A stretch of DNA of 63,992 nt, filler included, from Chiloscyllium plagiosum (GCF_004010195.1; 4 parts of 2 records of this genome joined end to end with filler, not necessarily neighbours in it); one strand, 5' to 3'; shown: positions 11,941-23,707, numbered from the whole stretch's first letter. Numbers and translations: made by a program. Notes: generated by a model from the sequence alone, not told the origin.

Positions 11941-14129
11941 TTCTTTAAGCAAATAACGCTTAATTAGCAAATCAAAGCCGAGTAAAACTTGAACAATGCA
12001 ATTTCTGTGACAAACACTTGATACAATGTGACTAATACATTACATAAGCCATTATTAAATATCAAGAAGTTACACACATGCATAATGGTAATAAAGTCTT
12101 TTTGTTTCATTAATTTCAGTTGAATTTTCAAGACCTGTATTCAAACTGAGACAAAGTTGCATAACTGACAAGACAACAGCTTTATGTAAAATTGTGTGAA
12201 AATGTATTATCTTTAGCACAACTACAAGGACAAACCCATGGGTGCTCCTGTACTAATTTAGCTCCCACACACTGTTAGGTTTAAAGGCAACATCGCAGTG
12301 ATAGCACAAGAATTTGCTTTCAATAAAAAAGTTGATCGAGTGACTGAACAAAACACGAGGCTGTTAAGTTTTTCCTCATGTGGAAGTAGAGATTTAAATA
12401 TTTATTTCCAGTGCAGCATCAAATACTTCAAGTTTGAGTTCAGCACAACTCAATGCAGAAATTAATTTCCTTAACATTGGCCTGAAAATATGCCCCATTC
12501 CCCAAAAATGCCCAAGGAGAAATTTTCCCGACATCAATCTGTTGCAACATCCAGAATTCATTGCTTGTTTAAACATAGGGACAACTTTGTTGTAATGGGT
12601 AGTCATCAGTGGGAAAGGAGTTAAAGAATCTCCAAACGTGTTCCACATAGGACATTTTCAACCAACAAAGATTCTCACACTGTTAGCTTGGGTTGGATTA
12701 AACTTAGGCTCCAGTGAGGTAAGGAAAGGGTACCATTCTAATGGATATGAATCTAAGAAGCTCAAATTCCTAACAATGCATGAACCAATCTTTAGAATAG
12801 AACAAGGTTATTTCCACTTGATATGAAGTTTGGCTTTCAGTCTATTTTCATGACTTTCACTGTGTTTACAATCTCACCTTGAAAATTGCCTCTCACTTTG
12901 TCAGAATCTGCCTTTTTCCAAGTCAAATTTTCAAGGCCAGAGAAACTCTCCAACCGAAGCTTAAGTGTTTAATGTTTTAAGATCAAAGAGAAGAATGTCA
13001 GACTCTCAGAATATTTGAAAACCCTCAATTTCACTTTATAAATTGTTCAGAATTTAAATTCAGTTCAAGCTGCATGCCGTTTGGTGTCAAGTCCTAGTGA
13101 TGTGAGGCAGAGTTCTAGGAGAAATTTCACACCATTTAAGTTAAAATCTGGAAAGTATTGTATTGAGAAGGTAACCTTGATTTATGGGAGCACTATGTTA
13201 GAACAGTAGAGCTTTGCACTGCGTTGATTTTGGATCTGGAATCACACAGAGGTAATGGGTTGAATCCTACTCCAGGCTTGGGAAAGCCAACCCAGACACA
13301 TGTCCAATCCACGTATAACTTCACACACCAAATTTCCATGTGGGGTTCGGGTTCACAATGCAGTATGCTAGCCATACTGGAGTGCAGAAGAAATGAGTCA
13401 AGTCAGTTAGTAGGCCTCTCAGTCCCCTAACACAGTATCCCAGCTCCCAGCAATGTTAAAGGTTCCCTGAATATTATCTGACACCTCCCCTATTCCAGCA
13501 ACCTCTTCTCGATGTCAGCCTGTGCCCCTTCAGGTTTCCCTCACCAGCTCTATGCCCACAAACTCCATGCCTGTTTGAAAATGTTAATGTTCTATGTCAC
13601 TTGATGGATAGTTTTGTAATATCTCCTGAAGGTAGCTGAAGTTTCCAAAATTGCACTTCACATCTTAAAAGGAATTCAGTCAGTTTAGATCTTTTTGTTC
13701 AATTCGTAAATTCCAAAAGTCATGTTAGGCAATCCTCAATGACAAAAAATTTCTGAGTAAAGGTAACTGCATTTGTAAACATATTGATACATGTGTGAAA
13801 TGCAAACATGTGTATTACATCCAGCTCATACATTCCCCCACGTTCCATGACCCACCTCCAGAAAAGAGGATGGGTGCTAAAGTGAAGACTTCTGAATGCC
13901 ATTTTCATCTCCATGAAAATTCAAGCCCAAATGTGGCCATTCACACATTAAAACAAGGCACAGAATACAGCAAAACTTCTGCCCACACTGTGGGAATTGT
14001 GGAGTGGACAGAGTTGTCGGCTCTGGGAGTATCAGGAAGAGAGTGGATACGCAGAAGAGGTCTGGGCTCTGACTATCAAGTGGAGGGTATGTGTTGGTTT
14101 AGGCTAATTAGTTAGATACAAATGCTTGT

Positions 14130-15513
14130 GAAGTACAGTTTCAAATGGTGGTTCTGTGGGGTGTGTGTATGTGTGCAGGGGAGACCGAGTGAGTGTGTGC
14201 ATGTAGGTGTGTGTGGGAGTGGGAGTGTCTGAGAGTATGTGTGTACCTGTGTGAGTGTAAAGGGGTATAAGTCTGTGAGAGGGTGCTTGTGTGGGTGTGA
14301 GTGTGGAGGGTGTATGTGTGAGCGTATGAGAGAGAGTTTGTATATGACAGAGAGTCTGTGTGTGTGTGTCAGTGTGTGTGAGAGCTAGAGAGCGAGACAG
14401 TGTGTAGTGCAGTGGGGTCACTTGTAGTACAATGTGAATCCAACGTCCCGGTTGAGGCCAAACCTATGGGTGCTGAACTTGGTTATCATCCTCTGCTTGG
14501 CCACTTTGCATTGTTGCCTGTCCCACAGTCCGCCTTGGAGGATGGTCACCCAAAGGTTGAATGTCCGGGACCACTGAAGTGTTCTCTGACTGGGAGGGAA
14601 CACTCCTGCCTGGTGATTGTTGTGTGGTGTCCATTCATCTATTGCCGTGGTCTCTGGTCGGTCTCACCAATGTACCATGCCTCAGGGCATCCTTGCCTGC
14701 GCTATATGAGATAGACAATGTTGGCCAAGTCACATGAGTACCTGCCCCATACATGGTGGATTGTGTCCTCACGTGTAATGGTGCACATACACATACACTC
14801 CGACAGACCCACACACCCACGCAGACCCTCTCTCATACACGCTCTCTCTTATATACTCACACGTACACCCCCCCCCACACACACACACACTCACACACAC
14901 CCCCCTCTCACAAACTTATACCCCATTACACTCACACACATACACATACACACACTCTCTCACAGACACTCACACCCCCACACACACCTACATGTACACA
15001 CTCACTCGGTCTCCCCTACACGTGCACACACACACACAAGTTTGTGGGGTGAATTTGTTTTTTGCAGAATTGCATTATATTTTGCTCAAAAACTGCATAA
15101 ATCCACGTACAATTCTGTAAGTCCCACTTTCAAAATAGAAACAGTATGACCTAACATTGGGACACAGACAGACTTTAACTTCACACCTTCACACCTGAAA
15201 TGGCACCTATTGTTAAAGCTATCTTGAGAATGTAACTTTAAAAACGTTCTGGGATTTACATATGAAAGAACCAAAACTAACTTGTTCATTCTAAAAGATG
15301 AAAGACTCAAGCTAAATTTGTTTAATATTACAATCCAATGACATTCTAACCCTGTTGCTATAAATTCTAGGTTGTACGATTCTGCTCCACAACCACCTGA
15401 TGAAGCAGCACTTCGAAAGCTAGTGCCTCCAATTAAACCTGTTGGATTGTAACCTGGTGTTATGTGATTTTTAACTCTGTCCACCCCAGTCCAACACTGG
15501 CACCTCCAAATCC
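14130..15513. mobile_element. Penelope-like element (family C), head-to-head inverted structure with GIY-YIG remnant and hammerhead motif
   Basis: Minus strand at about 14420-14730 reads ANIVYLI*RRQGCPEAWYIGETDQR (GIY-YIG). The TG-rich block 14160-14400 is the inverted counterpart of the CA-rich block 14785-15040. Hammerhead motif at 15394-15425. Confidence 0.8.
15394..15425 (+). ncRNA. Minimal type-I hammerhead ribozyme motif (PLE family C)
   Basis: Stem I CAC/GTG, CTGATGA core, degenerate stem II (AGCAGCACTTC), GAAA, palindromic AGCT stem III, and CTA triplet. Confidence 0.65.
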
Positions 15514-15515
15514 AG

Positions 15516-15980
15516 ATCATGAGAGGCATGGATAGGGTGAATGCACTCAATCTTTTTCCCAATGTTGGGGAATCAAGGACTAGAGGGCATCAGTTTAAGG
15601 TTAGAGGGGAAATAATAAAAGGAAACTTGAGGGGCATCTTTTTTACACAGAAGGTGGTACGCATATGCAATGAGCTGCCAGCCGAAGTGCTTGAAGTAGG
15701 TATATTAACAACATTTAAAAAGCATTTGGACAAATACATGGATAGGAAAGGTCTAGAAGGATATAGAGTCAAGAGTCAAGAGTGTGGTGCTGGAAAAGCA
15801 CAACAGGTCAGCCAGCATCCGAGGAGCAGGAAAATCAACCTTTCAGGCAAAAGACCTTCATCAGGAAGGGTTCACTTTCGCCTAGAAGGATATAGGCCAA
15901 GTGCAGGGAAATGGGGTTGGCGTAGATAGATATTTTGGTCAGCATGGACCATTCAAGGCCAAAGGCCTGTCTCCATGCCT
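15516..15980 (+). mobile_element. CR1 LINE 3' fragment interrupted by a PLE family A mini-element (about 15766-15867, minus)
   Basis: MRGMDRVNALNLFPNVGESRTRGHQFKVRG...; CTAGAAGGATATAG is duplicated on both sides of the insertion. Confidence 0.88.
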
Positions 15981-16290
15981 TTGGTAGGCAAAGTGGTGAG
16001 TGGATCAGTTGGGTAAGCATGAATTGCTATTGGAATGGGGATATGAAAAGCTATGGGGTTGGGGGAGGGAGTGGGTCAAGGGCTTTCAATGACATGAGTT
16101 GGCATGGATGACGGATAGGAGAGTGTGGAAGTGAAGGTGGGGGATGAGAGGTGAGGGCTGGAGGGCTGACTTATGCTTTATTCGTTTACGTTTTAGACAC
16201 CATGCTGGATCCCTGAAGCACCCACCTCAGAACCCAGCAGTCTCCAAGGAATTCTCCCACCTTTGCATATCTAACCTGGGAAGGGAAATA

Positions 16291-16531
16291 CAGGATGACC
16301 GTGATATCCGCGGAGTTGTTTTCTGTGGTTTCAGTCTCTGTGGTTTCAGTTACCCATGATTTAGCATGGCCTGGACATGTTACATGGAATGTTCCAGAAC
16401 CAGGGACCGGGGGCTGTCAGGGAGGTAAGTTGAATGAATGGATTAAATGAATGGATTCACTACTACCCGCGGTTTTGTGCTTCCGCAGTAAGTCTTGGAA
16501 AGTATCCCCCGCGGGTACTGGGGAAATACTG
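16291..16531 (+). mobile_element. Non-autonomous Tc1/mariner (Tigger/pogo-type) MITE, MER44/Tigger7-like
   Basis: TA flanks at 16289-16290 and 16532-16533, imperfect TIRs CAG...TA(T/C)CCGCGG, and internal GGTTTCAGTTACCC and GTCTTGGAAAGTATCCCCCGCGG. Confidence 0.75.
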
Positions 16532-17739
16532 TATTGAGAAGTAATTTTCTTAAAACAGCAGAAACAGCACTTTTTTTTCATTATCCCTTTAGCTGACAAA
16601 GCCCTAAACATTGGAATTCTCTCGCTAAAGCCTTCTCCCTCTTACAACAGGTCTCTAAAACCATCATCAGCCAAGTATGTTTCTCCATTTTGGCTCCCTG
16701 TCTAGTTTACTGCTCAGATAAACGTTAATGAAGGACTGCTGTTTGTTTTTTTCTATATTAAGTGTTCTTTAGAAAGGCAGTCTCTTCTTGTTGTTGCAGA
16801 ACTAAAAGCCTCTTCCTCAGTTACAGTCAGGAAAACGGAGAGAGCAAGCCTCTTTTTCAGGCAGCAACACTAGCTGATTGTCACAGACCTGAGTTGATTG
16901 GTGCTGCAGAGAACAGCACATCTCCTACCTTAGTAATGGGGGGGAGGGAGCACATTTAGTGCTCAGTAGGTACACAGATGAACTGCCAAACAGAATGCAA
17001 GTGGATGGTGTGAAGACATCGAGAACCAGATTCCCCTCTTTGCATCCATGTCTTGCCTGGGCAAGATATTTGCAGTCCCTGTAACTAATATCCTGGGTCA
17101 GGGGTCGTATTCCATGCTCGGTTGACTTGCTGCAAGATTTCCATTGCTAAGAAGGAGGCTGCCAATATAAAACAAAATGAAATCCCCAGTGTCAGCACCA
17201 GTAAAGGACCAATAAAGGACAGAACATCCTGAAGGTGAACTGGAACATTTCTGGATTGAGACCTTTGACTTAATCCTTTCTCACCATTTAAGGAAGTTTG
17301 GAATCTTCCCACTGTTCTCTTTGACGTCATACTAACTGCTTCCCATGAAGAGGGAAAATGGGGTGATCAGAACGTCCCAAACTTGTAAAAGCAACCCAGG
17401 TTTGAATGAGTTTCGAGTTTGATGCAGCAGATAGAAGCCCCAATTTTGATCATTGCAAAAGCATTTTCCATATACATCCCATCATCATTTTGCTACAATA
17501 TAAATGATGAATCAAATTGTAATATATCTTTCCCATCTCAATTCCCTTCCTCCTGTCCACCAGTGGGAAAACTGGCTCCATTGCAATTCCTAAGGGATCT
17601 GAATTGGGAATTTCCTGGGCTCTCTCCCACTCTGTCACTTTGGGGAGGGTTTGGGAGAAACCCACAAAACAGTGTTGTTGTACTCAGCTTCCATACATGT
17701 TCCAGCAGACAAAACCGTAAGGAACCTCTCACGTTTATT

Positions 17740-18030
17740 TAAATTAGCTTGTACATGACAGCCAGATTGCTGTCAATTCGATTTCTTTCACGCCTAATCT
17801 ACTTTGATAAGGTATCATGGCCATTATCAGTCTTACTGAAGGATACAATACAGATGGACAGGAATGTTGTTAGTAATGAGTCCCCCTGAGGTTTAATTAA
17901 TTAAGGAAAGAGAGCTGTTCTCCTTCATTACTCTCCTTGATATTTGCTCCTATTAAACTAATCAATTTTCATTGGCCTCATAAGCTGATGATTACAACCC
18001 TGACAATTGTCATTACCATACATGAACATA
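17740..18030. promoter_or_regulatory. Candidate enhancer / conserved non-coding element (TALE-homeodomain motif cluster)
   Basis: TGACAGC-N6-GCTGTCA (17756-17775), TTAATTAATTAA (17893-17904), TAATCAAT (17959-17966) and palindrome TGACAATTGTCA (18001-18012) in apparently repeat-free DNA. Confidence 0.35.
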
Positions 18031-18459
18031 CTGATATTGTTTGTTAAAGTTCTTTGCATTTCATGCACATAATAAGTCCCAGCTCATATTTATAACCCTG
18101 ATTTTTCCTTGATGCATTTTGGTGGCTGAAAAGTTAGGGCAGATTTGGCAGGATACTGTACAAATCCATTCCCACAGGAAGAAACATTAAACATAGGGTA
18201 TACTTTATAGCCCTGAGCATTAATAATAGTTTACAAAAGAAATTGCCTCAAAGTAATCTGAAACAAAAATTAAAGATGGTATAAACATACAAGCAGTCAT
18301 AATCTGTGAGAGAACTGCTGTCTGCAAAATAGAGTTTCAAACATTTATTCTCTATGCATGAAAAATGTTTCCTAAACTCATTGGCCAAAGCCTCTTTCAT
18401 CAATTTCTATATCCACCAAAAACATAAAACATAAATCAGGATAGCATATGTGCAGGCAG

Positions 18460-18751
18460 ATTTAAACTTGAGACAGACTGGGAAAGCAGCAAAAAGGAAG
18501 GATAACTTAGGACATCTTATGACTTCCAATATCTCTAATGATAAGATAGTTAGCATTAAGGCACTTTACCTGAATGCTCATAGCATTCGTAACAAAGCAG
18601 ACGAACTAATGGCACAGACATCGTAAATGATTATGATGTGGTAGGCATCACAGAGACTTGGTTACAGGGGGGTCAGGACTGGCAGTTAAACATCCATGGT
18701 TTTTCAACTTATCGAAAAGAAGGGAGGTGGGGCAGAGGGGGGGGGTTGCCT
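18460..18751 (+). mobile_element. CR1 LINE ORF2 N-terminus (APE endonuclease), truncated by an assembly gap
   Basis: SIKALYLNAHSIRNKADELMAQ...YDVVGITETWLQGGQDWQLNIHGFSTYRK. Confidence 0.9.
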
Positions 18752-18851
18752 NNNNNNNNNNNNNNNNNNNNNNNNNNNNNNNNNNNNNNNNNNNNTTAAT
18801 TAATTAANNNNNNNNNNNNNNNNNNNNNNNNNNNNNNNNNNNNNNNNNNNN
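18752..18851. other. Assembly spacer N44-TTAATTAATTAA-N44
   Basis: An identical 100-bp construct recurs at 42374-42473 and 61364-61463. Confidence 0.97.
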
Positions 18852-20519
18852 AGAGAAAGAAAAGAGAGGAGAGGAGGAGCGAAACAGGGGGAAGGGAGAA
18901 AGGGGGAAAGAGCCTCAAATACTAGAAATATTTGGGTGCCATCAACATCACAGAGTCAAGGCTGCAGACTATGATCACTGGAGGTTCAGGAAATGTCAAC
19001 TGCCTCTGAGTAGTTGAGACATAGTAAGGCCATTTGAGTAGACTTCAGTGAGCAGTGTCTATCACATTAAAAGTAGACAGTTTTGCACACACACACACCT
19101 CCATTTGATAGAATATAGAAGTATGAATTGAGATGGAGCTCAAGGCCTTAGTATCAGTTGCGTGACAAACCCCTTCATTTCCCAGAAATTAAAATGCTAT
19201 AAACAAGGAAATATCATGGGTCCCTGCTGTGGTGGGGACATTTAGACAGTCAATTCTGTGTAGGCACAATAAATTGTGGGGGGGGGGAGTAAGGAAAAAG
19301 AGAGATACTCAACATGTGTGCAAGATGGGGCAGGAGATTATACTCTATTGGAATCCATGGGTTACTATGGAAGGGGCATGCCTCTGGTCACAACCAGCCT
19401 GGATTTGAGAGGGACTGCACAGCTCGCTTGCAGGAACGACTAAGCTGTAGGACCAGGGCTCAGGGTAACCTAGAGACAGGAGATCGTAATTCAAAAGTGG
19501 TACGTGGGAACATGTAGAAGCTCAGTACTGATGGGTTGAATGGAGACAGCAGGAAGAAACGTGGAGACTCTCAGATATCTCTATCCTACAACTTATTCTC
19601 TGTGTCAGCTTCCACATACAAAGTCAGTGTGCACGAAATGGAAAATGACTGACCACACACAAAATGGACAGAGTGATTGTTATTCTTCTGTTGGAGCAGG
19701 GGATGGGTGGGGAGGTTGTGTGAGAGAATCATGTGAGGGCCTCAACAGCACTGATCAGTCACTTCTGAAGCACTGGTCTTCTGTTAATCATCTGAAAGGC
19801 AGGCAGTGTCCAGCTGTGTGGGATATAAATCCTGATCACTAACAATCTTGATCATTGCAAATTGATCAAAGGCATCTTTGTGAAGGAGAAGTCATTACAA
19901 TGATCTTAAATGGTAGTTGCTGGCCACAATTCATAAAGACAATCCAAGATCCCAGACTGCACAATAGCTTGGAGATGCCTTCCTCTCACCTTGACCTGGA
20001 AGGATTCACCAACGTGCTCTTGAATGCAATGTTATCTTTCTTGAGGGGTGGGGTGACAAGGTATCCCATGCTCAATCCCCTCCTATATTTGCTGCGCACA
20101 TTGGAACAAAGTCTGAAAGTCCATGGAGAATCATTCCATGACGTTCCTTGACAGAGTACTCCCATGTTCCACTAGACAGAGGATTATGTTAAACCATGAG
20201 ACAGGTGAGGTAAATGCTGATTGCTTACATTACGAAGGCAGTCTTCTGTTTCGGATATTCCCCACACAGGTTCAATGGAACCCTGACCAATGGATCCAGC
20301 TGTGGCAGAGATTGTGGTCATTGGGCCAGAGGGGCAATGAAGGTGCGGAGAAATCAAGGTGAACAGATGCTCTAGCAAGGGGAGGACCAGCAGCAATGTC
20401 CAGCAGTGTCTGAACAGCTTCTACATCAAGTCTTGCAGCTAAAAAAGGTCCCTTCAGGGTGTGTCGAAGATACAGGAGATCCCAGATCCATTGCTCTTAA
20501 AACCATTACCACGGAGTAA

Positions 20520-20935
20520 GGTGCAGACAGAGGATGTCCTGGGAGACTGTCACTGAGCTACGCCAACTGCTGAAACTGCAACGGAGACTGGAACAAAGTG
20601 GGTGGCCTTTCTGTTCCATGGGCAGTCAAGGTGACAGCAGCAAGAACCTTTTTATACACATGGCACCTTCCCATGATGCATTGCCAATCTGTGTATTGTC
20701 TCAAACATTGACTCCACAACTGTATCAAGGCTGTTCCCACCGCAGTCCACGTCAGGTCACACCACCTTATTTTGTTACCCGTTGGTAAGGTCAGTGCTGC
20801 AGCCGGGCAGATGGATTTGCCAAAATCGCTGGCTTCCCTCAGGTGCAGGGTGCATCATACGGAGAGGGCCACATCAAAAGAAATGGAAAAAGATTCCACT
20901 CCATCACCGTACAAGCCATCTCTGATCATCATCCC
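20520..20935 (+). mobile_element. Fossil PIF/Harbinger (HARBI1-like) transposase fragment
   Basis: RMSWETVTELRQLL ... HRSPRQVT ... GFAKIAGFPQVQGAS...RNGKRFHSITVQAISDH matches the order of the recalled Harbinger motifs FRMSxET, IAGFPxVxGAIDxTH and NRKGFHSINVQxICD. The catalytic motif is disrupted. Confidence 0.7.
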
Positions 20936-21778
20936 AGACAGAGTGGGCTGAGTAATCTTTCCATACTGTGCTTTGAACAACTGGGGCAGGCAGAGAGGGG
21001 GATGGAATGGATGCTGAACAGCTGGCAGAGAGGCAGCAGCAGTCTTTTGAGGGGGTAGATGAGGACATTCAGTAGGGGAAGAGTATTATCTTCACTGTGG
21101 TAGGAGGGCTTCAACATTGGGCACAACAAACCAAATAGAACTTAATCTGCAACTGGTTCCAACAGATCTGGACTGGCACAGTGATCTCATTGACTGTAAA
21201 TTGGTTGCTCACCAGAAACATGTTTGTTCCCAGCCATTTGAAGCTTTTGTTTGCTTTTCCTTCACTTTTGCTGTTGCTGAGATTGTTCACACACACTATC
21301 TAGTGAAAACAATGATTCGGTGTTGGGCAATGCCAGGCACAGGGCATGGGGAAAGAATGGCACTCCCCTAGACAGGGTTTAAAGGAAAGGTAACCTGTGT
21401 AGCTTGGTGCTTAAATTGCACTTCAATAACAAAAGGTGTATTTCTGTATTTGTCCATGAAATGTCAACCATAGCAACTGTGTGACTGGACAGGCATTGCT
21501 TTTTTGCCCCCCCTCCCACAAGGCCACAGTGAAGGAGCAGATCCTTGCTGGCAAGACAAGGAGGAGTGTGCAGCTGGCCTTTAAAAATGCTACCAATGCC
21601 AGAAATCCCGAGAGGTCCCAACAGCAGCAAGCAGTTCTGCCTTTGAAGAAAGAAAATTCACTATGGATCACTGAGACAAACTATCCAAACTAAACATAAA
21701 ATTCAGCCCAATATGATGGGGTTTTTTTATGCGAGTCACACTGCAATCCACCTTTGGCCTGTGAATCTTTGGCTAAAA

Positions 21779-21803
21779 TATTATTATTATTATTATTATT
21801 ATT
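21779..21803 (+). repeat. (TAT)n microsatellite
   Basis: Run of ttattattattattattattatta. Confidence 0.9.
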
Positions 21804-22269
21804 AGGATAATAAAGGATCTTGGGTATTTTTATGATATAAAGGTGCTATATAAATAGAAAAAAAATCCTCCTGTTCTGCCACTTAGCTTCAATTGTTCAC
21901 ACTCCTTTCAGATTTTATCTATACAATTTCCCCTTCCAAACCTTATTGTGATACTACCATCTCTTCAAGCCTGCACCGGAAATAATTTAGATGTGGCACA
22001 AACTGGAGTGCTGTTATTGCATTGTAACTTTGACAAAGTGTCCAATTCTTAACCAGTTAAAATAGATTTAAACTAGCACATGATAATCTCCCAGAAGAAA
22101 ATTCACCAGAAGACCTCCCAAATAAACCACAATCTCTGTGAAGAGTGTTTTTGTGGTCAGGTTACTGTACCTACGAATTATCTAATATTGCAAGAGAAGG
22201 ATACCAGATACCACTTATCACATTTCAAGAGCAGATACATTTGTACCAGAACTTGTAACTAGCACAAAA

Positions 22270-22885
22270 CCTAATCAGGAAGCCTAGTGGAATGTTGGTG
22301 GCCCTTAATTCAAGGGGGTTGGAGTATCAGACTAGGGAAGTCTTAGTACAACTGTACAAGGTGCAAAGACTATATTTGAAGCTCTAAGAGCTGTTTGGGC
22401 CCTCCTTTAAGGGAAGATATCATTTCATTGGAGGCAATGCAGAGAAGATTCAATAGGATGATCCCTATATCGCAGTAATACACATATGAGCAAAGATTAA
22501 ACAGATAGGACTATACTCACTGGAGTTGAGAAGAATGAAAGGTGATCTCATTGAAACATATAGGATTCTTAAGGGTCTTGACAGCGTAAATACTGAGAGG
22601 ACATTTCCCCTCATGGGAGAGTCTATGATCAGAGGGCATAGTCTCACAATAAAGGAGTGCCAATTTAAGACTGAGATGAGGAAGGATTGCTTCTTTCAGA
22701 AGGTTGAACTCTTTGGAACTCCTTGCCACAGAAAGCTGTGGGGACAGAATCCTTGTGAATATCGAAGGCTGAGTTAAATAGATTCTTGATCTCTTAAGGA
22801 ATGTGTGATCAGCCATGATCCTAGTGAATGGCACAGCAGATTCGAGGGGCCGAACAGCGTATGTCTGTTCCTATTTCTTATGGTC
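22270..22885 (+). mobile_element. CR1 LINE 3' fragment
   Basis: RRMKGDLIETYRILKGLDSV...RGHSL, with tail CCTATTTCTTATGGTC. Confidence 0.88.
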
Positions 22886-23592
22886 CTACTAATTTTTTAA
22901 AACAAGGACTGAATACTTTTACTTCAGGGTAAGTCTAAATCAAAACTACAAACATCTGCTATTAATGGGAGGTGAGTGCATGGATCTTCCCACAACTGAT
23001 CAGGCTTTTAAAAAATGCCACCTCAGTATATTCCTTAAAATATTCCTTAATTGTATTCCTTAAAATACAACATATTGAATATGATGTATACATAGATGAT
23101 TTGAAGGGTGCGTGTGCATGTGTATGCGTAATTTGTTTTATGTTGCCTTTCAAATATCTGAGGCAGGAAATCAATTTTCAGCCCATTTCTTAAATTCACT
23201 TCCTTTTCCCTTTCACATTCCTACTTTACGTTTGTAGGAATATATGTCAGATTGTGGGTGATGTTACAAAACAAAAATCAGTCCTACTTCAGACCACACC
23301 CACCTTTAAAAAATGCATACTTATGCTTTTGCATATTTGACCCGATTTCAAGTAGTACTTCCAAATTTATATCCAATCTTTGAATTGCAGAATATCCTAT
23401 TGCCTTTTCCTGTATCATCATTCAAAACAATTGCTTCCTGCTCTCGCCTGGGGTGTCATGTTTCATACTTTATAGCAGATTTTGCAGCTGTTGGTTTGTT
23501 TTTCTTGTGGTGATCAAGATTATGCTTTCTTACTGTTATATCTGCCACTTTAGAAAATAAACCAGCTTAGTTGACACACTTAACATTCTTAC

Positions 23593-23707
23593 CTTTGGTG
23601 TGTTTATCGCGAGAGTCAGTAAGAAATATTGCAATGCGATCTGATGGAATTGCAAAGGAAATGCCTGCGGTGACTTTCAGTGTATTTATTCCTATAACCT
23701 CCCCGTC
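23593..23707 (-). CDS. HTRA3: HTRA3 exon 6 (115 bp), end of the protease domain
   Basis: [38 protein letters not shown] plus 1 nt, with cag acceptor at 23710-23708 and gtaaga donor at 23592-23587. Confidence 0.96.

Noticed and set aside
13110..13170. YFPDF on the minus strand as a possible exon 8
   Set aside because: The surrounding residues and splice signals do not fit the PDZ exon.
14104..15149. His/Thr-rich ORFs
   Set aside because: These are translations of CA/TG low-complexity sequence within a PLE.
17085..17330. Hydrophobic minus-strand ORF containing FIG as a possible exon 7 or membrane protein
   Set aside because: No KKRFIGIRM-like context and no family similarity that I recognise.
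17893..17904. TTAATTAATTAA identical to the assembly linker
   Set aside because: It has no flanking Ns, so it is treated as genomic. A leftover linker cannot be fully excluded without reads.
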